Positions 50,522-63,945 of a DNA stretch of 64,000 nucleotides are shown piece after piece. The notes under the pieces are model-generated. The model was not told where the DNA came from. It did not search any database and saw only the letters and a program-made list of their open reading frames with translations. The DNA comes from Vicugna vicugna (lineage: Eukaryota), in assembly GCA_013265495.1 (NCBI GenBank), contig MU058065.1, forward strand, positions 6,882,302 through 6,946,301. Direction: 5' to 3'. The first letter of the stretch is position 1. Each line of letters opens with the position of its first letter. A program made the translations under genes and the position numbers.

Positions 50522-50980
50522 TATATGAGTTTTCTAGGTTTGCTGTGACAAAGTTCCACAGACTGACTTAAAATAACAGAAATTTATTGTCCCATAGTTC
50601 TGGAGGCTGGAAGTCCAAAATCAAGGTGTTGGCAGGACCATACTCCTCTGAAAACTGTAGGGGGAATCCTTCCTCACTTCTTCTAGCTTCCAATAGAGAG
50701 CTTTGGTGTTTCTTGGGTTATAGATGCTTCACTTTAATCTTGTCTTCACATGGTATTTGCCGTGTGTGTATTCTTATCCTCTTCCCTCTGTGTCTGTCTG
50801 TCTCTGGGTCCAAAGTTTTAGAAGGACACCAGTCATATTGCATTAAGACCCACCATAATGATTGCACTTTAACTCTGTAAAGACACTACTTCCAAGTAAG
50901 GTCACACTCTGAGGTCCTGGTGGATTAGGACTTCAACGTATCTTTTTTGGGGGGGATGACACACAATTCAACTTATAACA
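50522..50980 (-). mobile_element. MLT1 (ERVL-MaLR) solo LTR inserted in L1
   Basis: cagaaatttattgtcccatagttctggaggctggaagtccaaaatcaaggtgttggcagg...aattcaacttataaca. L1 text resumes on both sides, with near-TSD tagtt / tagct. Confidence 0.85.
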
Positions 50981-52272
50981 TAGCTGCACCATTTTAAGTT
51001 CTCACCAGCAATGTATGAAGATTCTGATTTCTCTACATCCTCATCAGCAATTATTTGACTTTTTGATTTTATCCATCCTAGTAGATATGAAATGATATCT
51101 CATTGTGGTTTTGATTTAATTTCCCTGATGACCAATGATGTTGAATATCTTTTTATGTGCTTAATGGTCATTTGTATATCTTTTTTTGAGAAATGTTTAC
51201 TCAAATTCTTTCCCCATTAAAAAACATTAGGTTATTTGCCTTGCTATTATTGAGTTGTAAGAGTTCTTTATATGTTCAGGACACAAATCTCTTATCAGAT
51301 ATGTGGCTTGAGGTATTTTTTTTTCCCCATTCTGTGGCTTGTCTTTTTACTTTGTAGCATACAGTTTTAAAATTTGGATACTGTCCAATTTGTTTATCTT
51401 TTTCTTTTATGGCTTGTGCTTTTGGTGTCATAGGCTAAAGTCAAATCTTTAGTCATATTTACTCCTATGTTTTCTTCTAAGTTTTATAGTTTGGGTTGTT
51501 GCAATTAGGTCTTTATCCATTTTGAGTTAATGTTTGTATATGGTGTGAGGAAAGGGCTCAACTGCATCCTTTTTTTTTCATGTGCCTATTCAGTTGTCCC
51601 AGAACCATTTGTTGAAAAGACCATTCTTTCTTCACTGAATGATCTTGGCAACCTTGTCAAAAATCAGTTGACTATAGATGTGAGGGTTTATTTCTGAACT
51701 CTTTACTGTATTTCATTGAGAATGGAATAAGACTATGTTTACCCTTACACCAGTGTCACACTATTTTGATTATTGTTGTTTTGAAGTAAGTTTTGAAATT
51801 GGTAAGTGTGAGTCTTCCAAATTTGTTCTTCTCTTTCAAGATTGTTTTGTATATTCTGGGTCCCTTGAGTTTTCATTTGAATTTTAGGATCAACCTATCA
51901 ATTTTTACAAAGCAGCCAACTAGGATCGTAGTAAGGATTAACTTGGATCTGCAGACCAATTTCGAGAGTATTGCCATCTTAACAATATTGAGTCTTCTGA
52001 TCTGTGAGTGTGGGATATCTTTCCATTTATTTATATCTTTTTAAATTACTTTCCATACTGATTCATAGTTTTCAGAGTATAAAAGTTTTATGCTTTTTTT
52101 GGCTAAATAAGTATTTTATTCTTTTTAATGCTATTTTAAATGGAATTGTTTTTCTTAATTATACTTTCAGATTGCTTATTGCCAATATATAGAAATACAA
52201 TTGATTTTTGTATACTGATGATTTATCTTGCAACCTTCATGAACTCATTTATTAATTCTAATAGTTTTTAAA

Positions 52273-52404
52273 AAATTTTTTTGGAGGGAGGGATAATTAG
52301 GTTTACTTATTTGTTTTTTATTTTTAGAGGAAGTGCTGGGGATTGACCTCAGGGCCTTGTGTATGCTAAGCATGCACTCTACCAGTTGAGCTATATCCTC
52401 CCCC
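52273..52404 (-). mobile_element. tRNA-derived SINE, camelid Vic-1 type, inserted in an old L1
   Basis: The reverse complement starts ggggaggatatagctcaactggtagagtgcatgcttagcat and includes the aaacctaattatccctcc tail. TSD ttaattcta(a/g)tagtttttaaa at 52252-52272 and 52405-52425 (20 of 21 identical). Confidence 0.9.
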
Positions 52405-55054
52405 TTAATTCTAGTAGTTTTTAAAGGATTCCTTAGAATTTTCTACATACAAGAGCATTTCATCTGTGAATAGAGATAGTTGTATTTCTTCCTTTCTAAA
52501 CTGAATGCCTTTTATTTCTTTCTTTCTTTTTTTTTTTTTTTTCTGCTTAACTGCCTGGCTAGAACCTCCAGTACAGTGTTGACTAGAAGTGGCAAGAGGG
52601 GAAATTCTTATCTTGCTTTTGATCTTAGGGGAAAAGCATGTGGTCTTTCACCATCAAGTACGTTAGCTGATGCCCTTTATCACGTTGAGGACATTTCCTT
52701 CTATTTCTAGTTTGTTGAGTATTTTTAAAATCAGGAAATGGTGGTGGATTTTGTCAAATCTTTTTATGTATCTATTGAGATGATCTTGTGGTTTTGGTTT
52801 TTTATTCTATTGATATGGTGTATTACAGTAATTGATTTTCAGATGTTAAAACAACTTTGCATTCCTGGGATATACCCCTGTTTGGTCATGATGTATAATT
52901 CTTGCTATTACATGTTGCTGGATTTGGTTTCTGGTATTTTGTTGGAAGTTTTTGCACCTCTATTCATAAGAGATATCGGTCTTTAGTTTTAATTTTCTTG
53001 TAATGTCTTTGTCTGGTTTTGATATAAAGGTAATACTGGCCTCATAGAATGAGTTGGAAGGTGTTTGCCCCTCTTCTACTTTTTGGAAGAGTTTGTGAAG
53101 AGTTGATACTGATTGCTCTTTAAATGTGTGGTAGAATTCATGTGTGAAGTTGTCTGGGCATGGGCTTTTCTCTGTGTGTAGTGTTTTGATGCTAATTTAA
53201 TCTCTTTATTTGTGATATATTTGTCTATTCAGATTTTCTATTTCTTCTTAAGTCAGTTTTGGTAGTTTGTCTTTCTAGGAATTTGTCCATTTCATCTTAG
53301 CGATCTGACTAATTGCCATACAATTGTTCATAGTATTCCTTCATAATTCTTTTTATGTCCGTGAGGTCAGTGATAATATCCCCTCTTTCATTTCTGATTG
53401 TAGTAATTCATTTCTTCTCTCTCTCTCTTTTTTTTCCTCTCCTGGTCAGTCTACTAAAAGCTTATCAAGTTTGTTGACCTTTTCAAAGAACCTACTTTCT
53501 CTCTAATTCTTACAGGGTTTTTCACGGTAATCACTTTGTTTATAGCCACTGTTTACTGAGTGTTCTCTGCATGGTGGCTTGGCACTCGTCTCACTAAATC
53601 CTTAAAAAACCACACATAAAGCAGATATAATTGGTCACACTGTAAAATGAGAAACTGAGGTGAAGTGTTTTGCAGCAGTCACGCAGCCAGCAGGCAGTGG
53701 ACTTGGGGTTCCAGCTCAGGTCTGAGTGTCTGGCTCTAAAACCTTTTTACTTCTTACTTTTCCATCTTCAGCCTTTACTCTCTGCTGCTGTGGTTCATTT
53801 TCTGATTTCTAAGGAGATGAGCCATGAGTCACCAGTCCCTCACATCACCTGTCAGTGGGCCTCAGCCTCACCTGGGGAGCCCATTAAGCATATTCCTGCC
53901 ACCCTTCACTTTGGTTCAGTGAGTCTTGGCTTGGGCTCACGGAGCTGCATTATTATCTAACACCCTCAGTGATTCTGATGCTGGGATCCCTTGATAGCAC
54001 CTGATTAATGTGTGTTTGCCCCCTGGAAACTCCTCTTCAACTCCACTGGACAAGGGCCTCCAGGAAGCCACTGGTTCCTCTGGCCTCTGTTCTCCTGGCT
54101 TCTGTTTTCCCTGGGGGTCAAGGATGAGGTAGGTCTTGGGTGGGAAGCCATTTTATCTCTGCTTTATAGTAAATTGCAAGAAGTTGGAACAACCACCCCT
54201 CCCCCCAGTCTTTCTAGCGTTCTCTCCGAGAGTGTAGGGCCTTTGGGGGTTAATAAGTAGGCCTGGAGTGTGTCATAAGCAGTCAGTTAGTGCACCCCCC
54301 TCCTCCCAAGGCTGGAGGAGAAAGTGACACTGAGCTGTGACTGGCTTCTCATTTTCCTGGAATGTGGCTCCCAAAAGGTCTCATATTTTTCGGCGTTTCT
54401 GACTCTGGGTTTGTGTAAACATTACACAGGGGTTCGCTGCATCTGAGAGACTGTAGGAGTTAGGAAGGGGGAGGGTGGGAACATAGAGCAGGGAGAGAAG
54501 GGCAAATAGGGGCTGGAGAATTGGAGCCAGAGAGGGAGACAGTAGAGGGAAATCCTGGGGTCTCCTTGAAACAGGACATGTGGCGGAACATGCAGGAGGG
54601 AACAAAGGCCAGTGGATTCCCACTAAGAACGAGTGTGAGGAATCTGGTGAGGGCCGGGGTCTATGGTGTAAGGAGAGGGCAGGGGGGCCAGGGCAGGTTA
54701 GAAGTCCTATCAGTTGCCTGGGAGGGGAGGTGACTCCTGAACCCCTGGTCCATGCCAGCCTCCCTGGCTGCTTCTGACTTTTAGCTGGGGGGCTCTTCAG
54801 TGCCTGCTGGAGCTGGCCAAGCAGGGAGAATGGGGGTGAGGTGGGCTTCCCCTCCTGGGGCGTCTGCCTGTGCCTGAGAGCTGCTGGTCCTGAAGAAGGA
54901 CCCCGAGATGCCTCTTGAGGATGCTCCCCTGCTCGGCTCTCCCTGGAGGCCATGACTCAGTCTTAACCTTCTGAGCCTTTCAATCCACTGACCTAAAACC
55001 GATGCCGGAGCCTAGATGTCCTGGCGAAGGTGGAGCCCCTCTGGCCGTGGGCTC

Positions 55055-55255
55055 AGGTGGATCTTGACTCTGCCATTTACACGAGCTTTGTTCTATCAGA
55101 CAAATTGCTCCACCTCTGAGGCTGGTTTCCTCATCGGTATAAAAATGGTGACATTGATATGGATTAGCCACCTTGCAAAGTTGGTGTGAGGATTAGAGAA
55201 AATGTAGGTAAAATCCTGGCAGGTAATAGGCTCTTCCTCGATAGATGATAACTCT
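55055..55255 (+). mobile_element. MIR SINE
   Basis: tcttgactctgccatttac...gtttcctcatcggtataaaatgg...gtgtgaggattagagaaaatg. Confidence 0.65.
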
Positions 55256-57034
55256 TATTCTGTTACTCTGAGACCCAAGGATAACAAACAGAGAAGTGTC
55301 CCAGAAATCCACCAGGCAGCAGGCCTGGCCAGAGTCACAAGAATGACCATGGCCCACACTCCCTTCCCCTCCCCCTCATCGATTCCTCCACCTGTGGTCA
55401 CCTGCTGGCCCCCCACAGTCTCCTCCTGGTCCCATGTCCTCCTGCTCTGCCCCACCCGGAACCTATGAGGCCCCTGCTCCCTTGTCTCTGAGGGTTTTTG
55501 CCCCTGGCTGATGAATGACTTGGCCAATTGTTCCTGGCAGCCAGCAGGCAGGCGAGATGGGATGTTAGCGGGGGGCCATTAGGAGGAGAGGGGTATGTGT
55601 GTCCTGGGGCAGAGCAAAGCACAGAGCGAGTCACAGATTAACCCCCTGGCCTGTTTCCACCTGCTGGACCTGGGCACCCAAGCGAGGGTGTCCAGAGGTG
55701 TCTGGGTTCAAACCAGGTTCTGTTCAAGGAAGCGGGGAAGGAAGGTCACTTGTGGGTCATGTGTGATTGGAGTAGCCGCAGAAAAGCTCCAATACCCTTT
55801 CCTGCACTCCGAAAATCATACTGGCTTGAATTCCACCATTAGTCTCCAGTTTGCAAGGATCCTCTATCCTTACACAGACAGGATCATTTAATCTAATCCT
55901 CACAACACCACTAAAAGATAGGCATTAGTATAATCCCCTAGGGCACAGAGGAGGAAACAGGCTACAATGGTTGAGCGATGTGTTCATACAGGTGGAACTG
56001 GGACCTGGGAGTTGAACCCAGACTCAGGGAGAGCCTTGAGGAGACAGTCTGACCTGGAGGTGGTGTGGTGATCATCCCCGACCCCGAGTCTGACTTTCCA
56101 TCTTCAACGCTCACTAACTCTGTAACTGGGCAAGTTGCTTAGTCTCTTTGTGACTTAGGTTTCTGATCTATAAACGGCATAAAAATAGACCCTGCCTCCT
56201 AAGATTATTGTGAGAATTGAAAGAGTGAATATGTCTAAAGCGTTTAGAGCAATAGATAATTACCAGCAATTATCATCACGACTCCCCTGTGAATGGAGCC
56301 CCAGGACAGAGGCCACAGTGAGGTTAAATAGAGGAAGTTGTGCTTTACTAAGCCTACCTGGATCTCCAGGGAAGACAACTGGATGGTCCCCACTTGACTG
56401 GGCTGTCTTGTGAGATGGTGAGCTCTCAGCAGCCATATTGTGTTGTAGGGAGGGAGTTTGGATTGGAGGCAGTGAAGGTCTTTTTGGTGTTAATACTTGG
56501 GAGCTCAGGAGTCAGAGCTGGATTTGTTTCCTGCTTTCCTTGCTTACAGCTGAATGAACTTGGACTATTTTCTGAAGTGCCCCCGTTCTCAGTTTCTCAT
56601 CCAAAAACAGGTCTTAAAAACCTTCCTATAGGGTTGTGGGGAGAACTAAATTAGCTAGATATGGAGTGTGCTTTTCAGCTCCTGGTGCACAGTAGCCAGT
56701 GATTTGTGACAGCTGTGGTTGTGGTGGTGGCATCGTGGTTATTATCATTAGATGTCGAGTCTGGCTCTCTCCAGGTGATGATTCCAGAGCTAGAATACCC
56801 GTGCATTCTACGTGTGTCACCTTATCCCTCAGCCAGATCTGTTTGCTCTGCTCCCTGAGCCGTCTGCATTATTCCTCCTCTGCCCTCTTAGTCTGAACAT
56901 CCCCTGTCTGATTCTGAGGCATCTGGACACCTTTCCAGGTCGAATCCTTCTTCTCTCCCAAGGACTTAATTCTTTAACGCTCCTCTGAATCTCATTTTAA
57001 CCCCTAATCTGTGGTCTTCTTTAAGACCCACTTA

Positions 57035-57655
57035 AATTTTTTTTTAAATTTTGAAATGATTTTAAACTTACAGAAAACTTGCAAAAATGGAACAAAGAGT
57101 ACTAATATTCCTTTTCTCAGTTTTTCTGAATGTTGACATCTTATGGGACTGTTGCACAATCATGAAAACCAGGAAATTAACATTGATCTGATGCTATTAA
57201 CTAATCTACAGATCTTAGTTGAATTTGGCCAGTGTTTCCTTTAATACCTCTTTTCAGATCTAGGATCCAGTTTCAGATCCCACTCTGCATTTCTTCATGA
57301 CCTCTCAGCCCATGCTAAGGTGGGACAGTTCCTCAGTCTTGTTTTCTCTCCCGTGACTTTGGCCCTTCTGAAGAGTCCTGCTCAATTATTTTGCAGAATG
57401 TCCCTGTTTGGGTTTATTTGATTTTCTATTTCCATCATTCCTTCTACATTTATTAATTGGAGTTCTGCTGTAAAGAACTGTCCCTTATCTTCCGTTTATT
57501 TATTCAATTATTTGTGGATATCAGTTTGGAACCTGGATATCACTTTATTTTATAGGTTATAATCATTATTTTTATCATTATTTTTCTTGGATCAAATTGA
57601 CCCAGCTCTGGCCACTGAGAAGTCTTTTAAGTTGGTAGGACCCGTGGTTTTTGAC
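57035..57655 (-). mobile_element. Old L1 (L1MC-like) 3' UTR fragment
   Basis: attttgaaatgattttaaacttacagaaaacttgcaaaaat...accaggaaattaacattgat. Confidence 0.75.
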
Positions 57656-57672
57656 CTCTCTTATTTGCTCTC

Positions 57673-58055
57673 TGTAGCGGTCAGGGTTCTCCAAGGAACA
57701 GAACCAACAGGATATTTACATGAAGAGGATTATTTTAAGGAACTGGCTAACGCAGCTGTGAGGACTGGCAAGTCTGAAATCTGTAGGGCGGGATGGCAGG
57801 CTGGCAACTCAGGTAGGAGTTGATGTTGCAGTCTTGAGTTAGAATTTCTTCTCCAGGAAGCCTCAGTTTTTGCTCTTCAACTGATTGGATGAGGCCCACC
57901 CATATTATTGAGAGTAATTTCCTTTTATGTAAGGCCAGTTGACTGTAGATATAAACCTATCTACAAAATACCTTCACACACACCTAGATTAGTGTTTGAT
58001 GAAATCACTGGGTACTCTAATCTAGTCAAGTTGACACAGAAAACTAACCATCACA
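57673..58055 (-). mobile_element. MLT2 (ERVL) solo LTR
   Basis: gtcagggttctccaaggaacagaaccaacagg...ttttaaggaactggct...gtcaagttgacacagaaaactaaccatcaca; similar to the copy at 35841. Confidence 0.85.
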
Positions 58056-59909
58056 CTCATCCATTGTTTAGGAAGCAAGAAGGTCATTTAGCTTTCTGTA
58101 AGTCAACAAGGGTGGGTGGATGGAGAATACAGGGGCCTCCTCAGGCTGGTTTGGGATGGAAGTATGCAGTTCTGGTTCAGGCCTCTTTAGTTTCCAGGTT
58201 TGACCTTTGCTTCCTGCCCTCTGTGAGAGCTTGGGCAAATCCTTTTATCTGTAAAAGGGGAGAATCATTGTTCTGGGGTGGGTGGATTCAGAAGAAGGAT
58301 TTCAAATGCCTGCCTTGGAAGCCTGAGTGGGCCCCAGCCCCCGCCCCAGGGCTTGGCTTCAGGTACCTTCCAGGACTTGCAGCCACCTATCTGGGGACAC
58401 ACCTGGGGTACCCCTCCTTCCTGGGAGAGGTGGAGGTGCTGTTAGCAGCAGCTGTTCCTCTTTCTGATCTGATCACTTTGGAAGAGGGTAGTCAGGGAGT
58501 CCAAAGTGGATTAACCACAGAGCCCAGGCAGGAGTTGTGGCTACGGGTGTGTACACGTGTGAATGTGTGCTTGCGTGTTTAATATCCTGAAGTCAGATGG
58601 GCAATAATTGGAGATGCAGGGAGACCTTCTGGTACTCGAACCTGCAAGGGGCCCACAGATGCTGAGCAAGGCTCTCTAACTGGACAGGGTTTCCGAAAGT
58701 TCTCAGGCTGCTGAGGAGGTGGGGGTGAGATGCCTGGCTTTCCCAAAGTTGGGGAAGGAGATGTAGAAAGAGAAGGGGAAAGGGGCCTTCATGCAAGAGG
58801 AAAACCCTAAATATATCCCCCAAATCTCCCCTGCTGGGGGGCCTTGACGTTCCTTCCACCCCCCGCGTGTCAGTTATTCCCCTTCTTTCCATAAGGGAAA
58901 CTGAGGCCCAGGGCATTTCTAGTTTCAGGAGAGGAGTGGGTACCAGACATTGTCACCAGATTATTTTCTTGCTCTTCATGGAGGGCAACCTAGGAGGAAA
59001 CAAGTTGAAATCGCAGCTGGAGGGGGTTGGGTTAGTTCTTGGAGGTGCTGGTGGGAGCCTGGGAAGGGGCCCCAGGGGACTGAAGGGGCAGCTGGGACTA
59101 CGTGGCTGGAATCTCAAGAACAGAAGTGGTTGTGTTTGGCAGGTGAGGGCCAGGCCTTCCTGCACAGGTGCTGTGTGTGTCTGTAGCAGGGCAGGATGAG
59201 GAGCCGAGAATCCTGGGGTCCCAGGCTGTCTTGTGCTGACTTAGGGAAAACAGTGCAGTCCAGCCGTGCCCCTTACAACCTCATTTGTTCTCATGCCACC
59301 CCTGTATCCACCTCTGGGGTGGTGGAACAGGAGATGGGACTGGTGTCAGTGAGCATCCCTGGGCCATGAGCTGGACCAGTCCAGCCTAAGTTTCCTCCTC
59401 TGTCTAGCTCATGGGTTGCTATGAAGAGCTTTGGAGATGGCATACCTCGTGGGGCCCATGTCCTCTTTCTGGCTGGGGTGATGAGTAGGGGCAACTTTGT
59501 GTAAAGCTGGCACTCCTTCTGCCCCATCGCTCACTGAGGGGACTGGTGTCCCAGGATTGAGGTACAGGAGTGAGTTCCTCCCCTATAGGGAGTCCTCCCA
59601 CTGCCTTCTGCAGCTGCCACTCCTCCTCCTTCCCTTGCTCCCCCCTTTCCCCCCTCCCCTCACCCTCACCAGGGAGGATGATAAACTAGCTGCCAGCTCC
59701 GAATAGGGCCTGACCTCAGCGGCGAGGCATCCCCTTGCCCCCCACCCTCCCAGCCACGGGTCCTGCATTCCTGGAGAAGATGAGGTTGAGCTGCTGCCAC
59801 TCACCCCTCCTTTGTCCTGAGGGCTGCTGCCCACCCTGCCACTTCCTTCTTCTTCCCTCATCAGAGCCTTGAATGCCAAAGGCCCCAGCTGTGGACCTCG
59901 GACAGGATA

Positions 59910-60110
59910 GATGATAATAATAATAATGGTGGTTACCATTTATTAAGCAGTGAGGCACACTACGTGGATTGTGTCAATGAATTCTCAAGACAGCGCCATG
60001 GGGAGGTTACTATTATTATTGTTCCAGTTTTAGCCTGGACAGGGAGGGGAAGGTGGTGAAGAGAGGGGAACTGAGGCTCAGAGAGGTCAAGCTGCTTGCA
60101 CCACCTCACA
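59910..60110 (-). mobile_element. MIR SINE
   Basis: aataataatggtggttaccatttattaagc...ggaactgaggctcagagaggtcaag. Further weaker MIR fragments lie near 22.4, 22.8, 23.9, 32.4, 34.3, 35.2, 43.5, 44.2, 53.6, 56.1, 56.6, 60.5 and 63.2 kb. Confidence 0.65.
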
Positions 60111-61099
60111 CAGCCCCCCTCCACCAGCCCACCAGCAGCATTAGGCTCAACCCTGGACATAGGAACTGGTCCTGAGAGGAGATGCAAGCACGGGAGGCCA
60201 GACTTGCTTGGGGGCCTGGAGCCTCCTGGGGCATCTCAGCTCCAGAAGAGATGGGTGGGCATCTCCTGGGTGCTGAGAGCTTTATGGAGGAAAGTTAATG
60301 TCCCTCCTCTTTCCTTCCCTGGTTTCTAGAGTCATACAGTCAGATCTGGGCAAGCAGGCAGCCCTCTCCAGTGTGCTACCTGCCTGCCTTCGAAGTTCAG
60401 CGAGCAGGCTTGGGTGTCAGGGAGATGTAGGCTTGAATCCTGACTCTGCCACCCACTGGCCTTGAGGCCTTGAGAAAGTCCCATAATCTCTCTGCATCAC
60501 AGTTTCCGCATCTCTAAGTGGGCATGATATTGTCTACCTCAAAGGACAGTCTAGGGACTGGAGATGCTGGAAGAGCAGAGCCAGGCCCGAGCTGCCCTTG
60601 ATAAATCGCAGCATTGCACCCTGCGTCACCCAGCAGCATCATCGCTCTCCATCCCAGCTATGCAGCACCAGCCGCCGGGTCCAACCTCTGGGGCCGCCGT
60701 GTCCGGTGTAGCCACGTACCTGCGTGCTCAGGTTGCAGACGAGAGCCCGGGTAGGGGGTGAATGACTCCCACTGTGGGGCTGTGTATCGGCTTCCCACGC
60801 GGGGGGCGGTGTGGGTGAGCTCGCTGCTTTCCCAACCACTGTCAGGCTCGTTCTCCTTTCCCATTTACCACATCAGTCATCATCACCTTGCACTATTACT
60901 TCATTTAAAAAAAATGACTTGCTTTTTTTTTTTTAACCTTTTACTAGGTGATAGAACTTATGGGCTTAATCTATGATTATGTATTTTTAATCTGTTGCTA
61001 AATACAAAAAAAATAAAATTATTGAGCCACGTTTCCAATGAAAATCATCTTGAATGTCATACTTTAGGTAACAGTGGTCAGATGAACTTCTCTCTCTTA

Positions 61100-61560
61100 T
61101 AGATTTTTTTTTTTTGGTCAATTCTTAATTACCAGAGATTTGAAACATATACAGAAGCAAGAAGAATAGTATACAAAGAATAGTACTCCTTTGTACCCAT
61201 ACTTCTGCTTCAAAAGCTATCAATATTTTGCTGTTTTTGATTCATCACTCCCCTGTCACTTTTTTTTTTCTGGCTGGAGTGTTTTTAAAGCAAATCCCAG
61301 ACGTTATATCATTTCACTGTAAATACTTTTACGTATCCTTAACAGATAAGGGCTTTTAATTTTAACATTACCGTAATACCATTATCACAGTCAACATAAT
61401 TAGTAACATTTTCTTAGGAGCCGCTAATACCTAGTCTGTGTTCAGTTTTCTCTGATTATCTCAAAAATGTCTTGTTCCAGTTAGTTTGAGTGAGGCAGAT
61501 GGACTTGGAAACTGTGCTGTAGTCTCTCTGTTTCTGTAATAATCCTGTGTCTACATGTAT
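61100..61560 (-). mobile_element. Old L1 (L1ME-like) fragment
   Basis: aaacatatacagaagc...ttttaaagcaaatcccagacgttatatcatttcactgtaaatac. Confidence 0.6.
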
Positions 61561-63862
61561 CATTGCCTCTGTCTCTTCACCAATCAATGGATCATACATG
61601 ATAACTTTTTCTGATGGGTCCTTATTCCAGTTTTTACCTGTCTCCTCTCTCATCCATCCTTTTTCTCCAGCACAGTTTCCCTCCAGGCTCCTAACCAGTG
61701 TCTCTGTCCAGTTGGATGTGAAATCAGGAGCCCAAAATCCCTCGCATTTCCAGCTTCCCCTCCCCAGCTTTGGCCTGGCCGGCCCACTGCTTGTCCCCAG
61801 GAAGGAGGAGCTCTGGAAGGAGAGGCAGTGGGTGCTTCTTGGGTGAAGTTAGGCAGGGTGGCGGGGAGCTCCTGTGCCCATCTCCCTCAATGCCTCATCT
61901 GATGAATACTATGTCCCTGAGATGCCCATGTAAGGCTGCCTGGTTTGCTGGGAGTGGGGGCCAGCGGACAGGACCGAAGGGGCTGGTTGTGGGGTCATGA
62001 GGCTCTGGGAAGCCTTACTGGACGATTGGCCTAGGGCTGGCCAAGGCCTCGTGGGAACACACCCCTGCTTTTAGTTGTGCTCCCCTCCGGGGCCCTCCCT
62101 GCCTGGGGCCCCTGCACTCTTGCTTTCATTGCCAGCCAAGGTCCTGCCCTCTCTGAGCCTGGTCGCAAGCTTGGGACGCTGCTCTGCTCCTCTGATCCCA
62201 ACTCCCTGGGGCTGGGAAAGTCATGCCCCCAGTCCCCGGGCCTTGTGTTCTTCCTCTCCTGCCTCTGCTCCTGAGGTCTCATGCCTCAGTCCTTTGTCTC
62301 CTGGGAAGTTGAGAGGATGGGGGTACTTAAGTGGGCCCTCTTCCTAGATTTCTCCTCGAGATCCTCGGCATCTTTGAAGAGGCTGCAGCTGTTCCCTGGG
62401 TCTCAATGTTCTCATTTGAGAAATGCCCAGAACAGTGCTTGACCGCGTTGACTGAGTCACCAAGAGGGATGTTTGAGGCTTAGGTGTGTGCATATGCATG
62501 CACGTGCATGTGTGGGCACCCAGACTTTAGAGCTGCAGCCTCTGAATGTGAGTGAGGGCCCCACCAAGGTCCAATAGAACTTTCCAGCCCCTCGCCCCGT
62601 GTATTCTCTCTCTGCTGTCTCTTCCCTTCCGGTATCTCAGGTTTCACCTCCACATCTTCACATCTTTGTTCTCTTTCCTGTCTGACTTTTCTCTGTGTCC
62701 ATGTCACTCCCTTCTGCTGTGCCTTTCAGGACTCTGTATACATGTGTTATCCTCAGGGTCCTACCTTGTTCCCCAAGTCCCAGCCCTTCATCCTGATCCC
62801 CTCAACCCTTCGTCCTTAACCCCTCAGCCCTAAAATCCAAAGACCTCTCCTCCCTCTTGACTCCATGATTGGGGGGCCCCTTTCTCTCCCAAGTTTCCTC
62901 CAAAGTGCTCTGTGACTTGGGGGAAAGGAGGGCTCATGTCCTCCCGTCCTTTGTCCCAAGGATACCCCTCCTGCCCAAAGGCAGCTACAGATGCCCCAGA
63001 ACTCCTCCTAACGCCTGACAACTTTGTAGGGGTATTGCCCTCATGTGTGTTACTGAGAGTCCCCGTTTCTGAGCCTGTAATGAACACAAGGCTTTTCCCT
63101 GAGAAAGACGATCCCTGAGATGTCCCTGATCTATCCAGTGGCACTGAAAATATGTGATTTAAGGGTCAGCCATGAAGGAGGGTTGTTTGAGGTCCTGGCT
63201 TAGGAGATGGAAGACCTGGGTTCAAATTTTGGGTTTTCTTCCCTATCCATGGGGTCTCAGTGAGCCTCAGTCCCCTCATCTATGGAAGAGCAGCAGCAGT
63301 GCTGTCATTGAGTTGTGGAGAGGATGGGGTGAGATGAGGCGTCCAAACACCCTGTGGTGTTGGCGGGGGGCTCCTGTAGCTTCCCCATTGCCTCAGGCTC
63401 TGCCTGGCCGAGGTGCGCTCAGATGGAGGTGGTGCAGGGTGTGTTTGCCTAGCTTGGGGGGCCTGGAATGCAGGGAGGACAGCCTGTAGTTTAGTCCACT
63501 TCTCAGGATGAACACAGCCCTCCTCTCTTGCTTGTGTGGGTGGGTGTCTCTGAGGGGTCCCTGGAGATGGGAGACTGCCAGGCCCCTGCCAAGGCGTCTG
63601 TGTTGGTGGCGCCGGCTTCTGGGGCACCTCCAGGACGGCGCTGCGGGTGGGTGGAATCCAAAAGAGTGAGACACCGAGGCCGGAACGTGCCGAGGATGTT
63701 TGGGGCTGCTTATCTCTGGCCAAGAATGTGCTGCGGTATTATTAGCCGGCAGCCTTCTCGCCTTTGGAATAACCACCCGGGTGGCATGGCAGACACCTGT
63801 CCAGCTCTGCCTGCCCAGACAGCCTGCGGGTGCCTGCACTGAACCTCCTGTGGCTGGAGCTC

Positions 63863-63945
63863 ATGTGTGTGCCTGTATGTATGTGTGTGTGTGTGCATGT
63901 GCATGGATCCACATGTACGTGGGTGGGGCATGTGCCTGTGTGGGT
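63863..63945 (+). repeat. GT/GCAT-rich low-complexity tract
   Basis: atgtgtgtgcctgtatgtatgtgtgtgtgtgtgcatgtgcat. Confidence 0.8.

Larger units (their letters stand above)
49930..53495 (-). mobile_element. Old L1 (L1MB-like) 3' UTR and ORF2 remnant, interrupted by an MLT1 LTR and a SINE
   Basis: AT-rich block with typical antisense L1 text (ctttattgagatgtaattcacataccata; ctcattgtggttttgatttaatttccctgatg; aatactggcctcatagaatgagttggaag). No intact ORF. Confidence 0.9.

Noticed and set aside
51793..53506. Hydrophobic Phe/Leu/Ile-rich ORFs resembling membrane proteins
   Set aside because: They are translations of the T-rich antisense strand of a decayed L1. The ORFs at 29305-29630 similarly come from the CT tract.
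57908..58582. 224-aa plus-strand ORF
   Set aside because: It starts at a non-ATG codon inside an MLT2 LTR and has no recognisable domain or exon structure.
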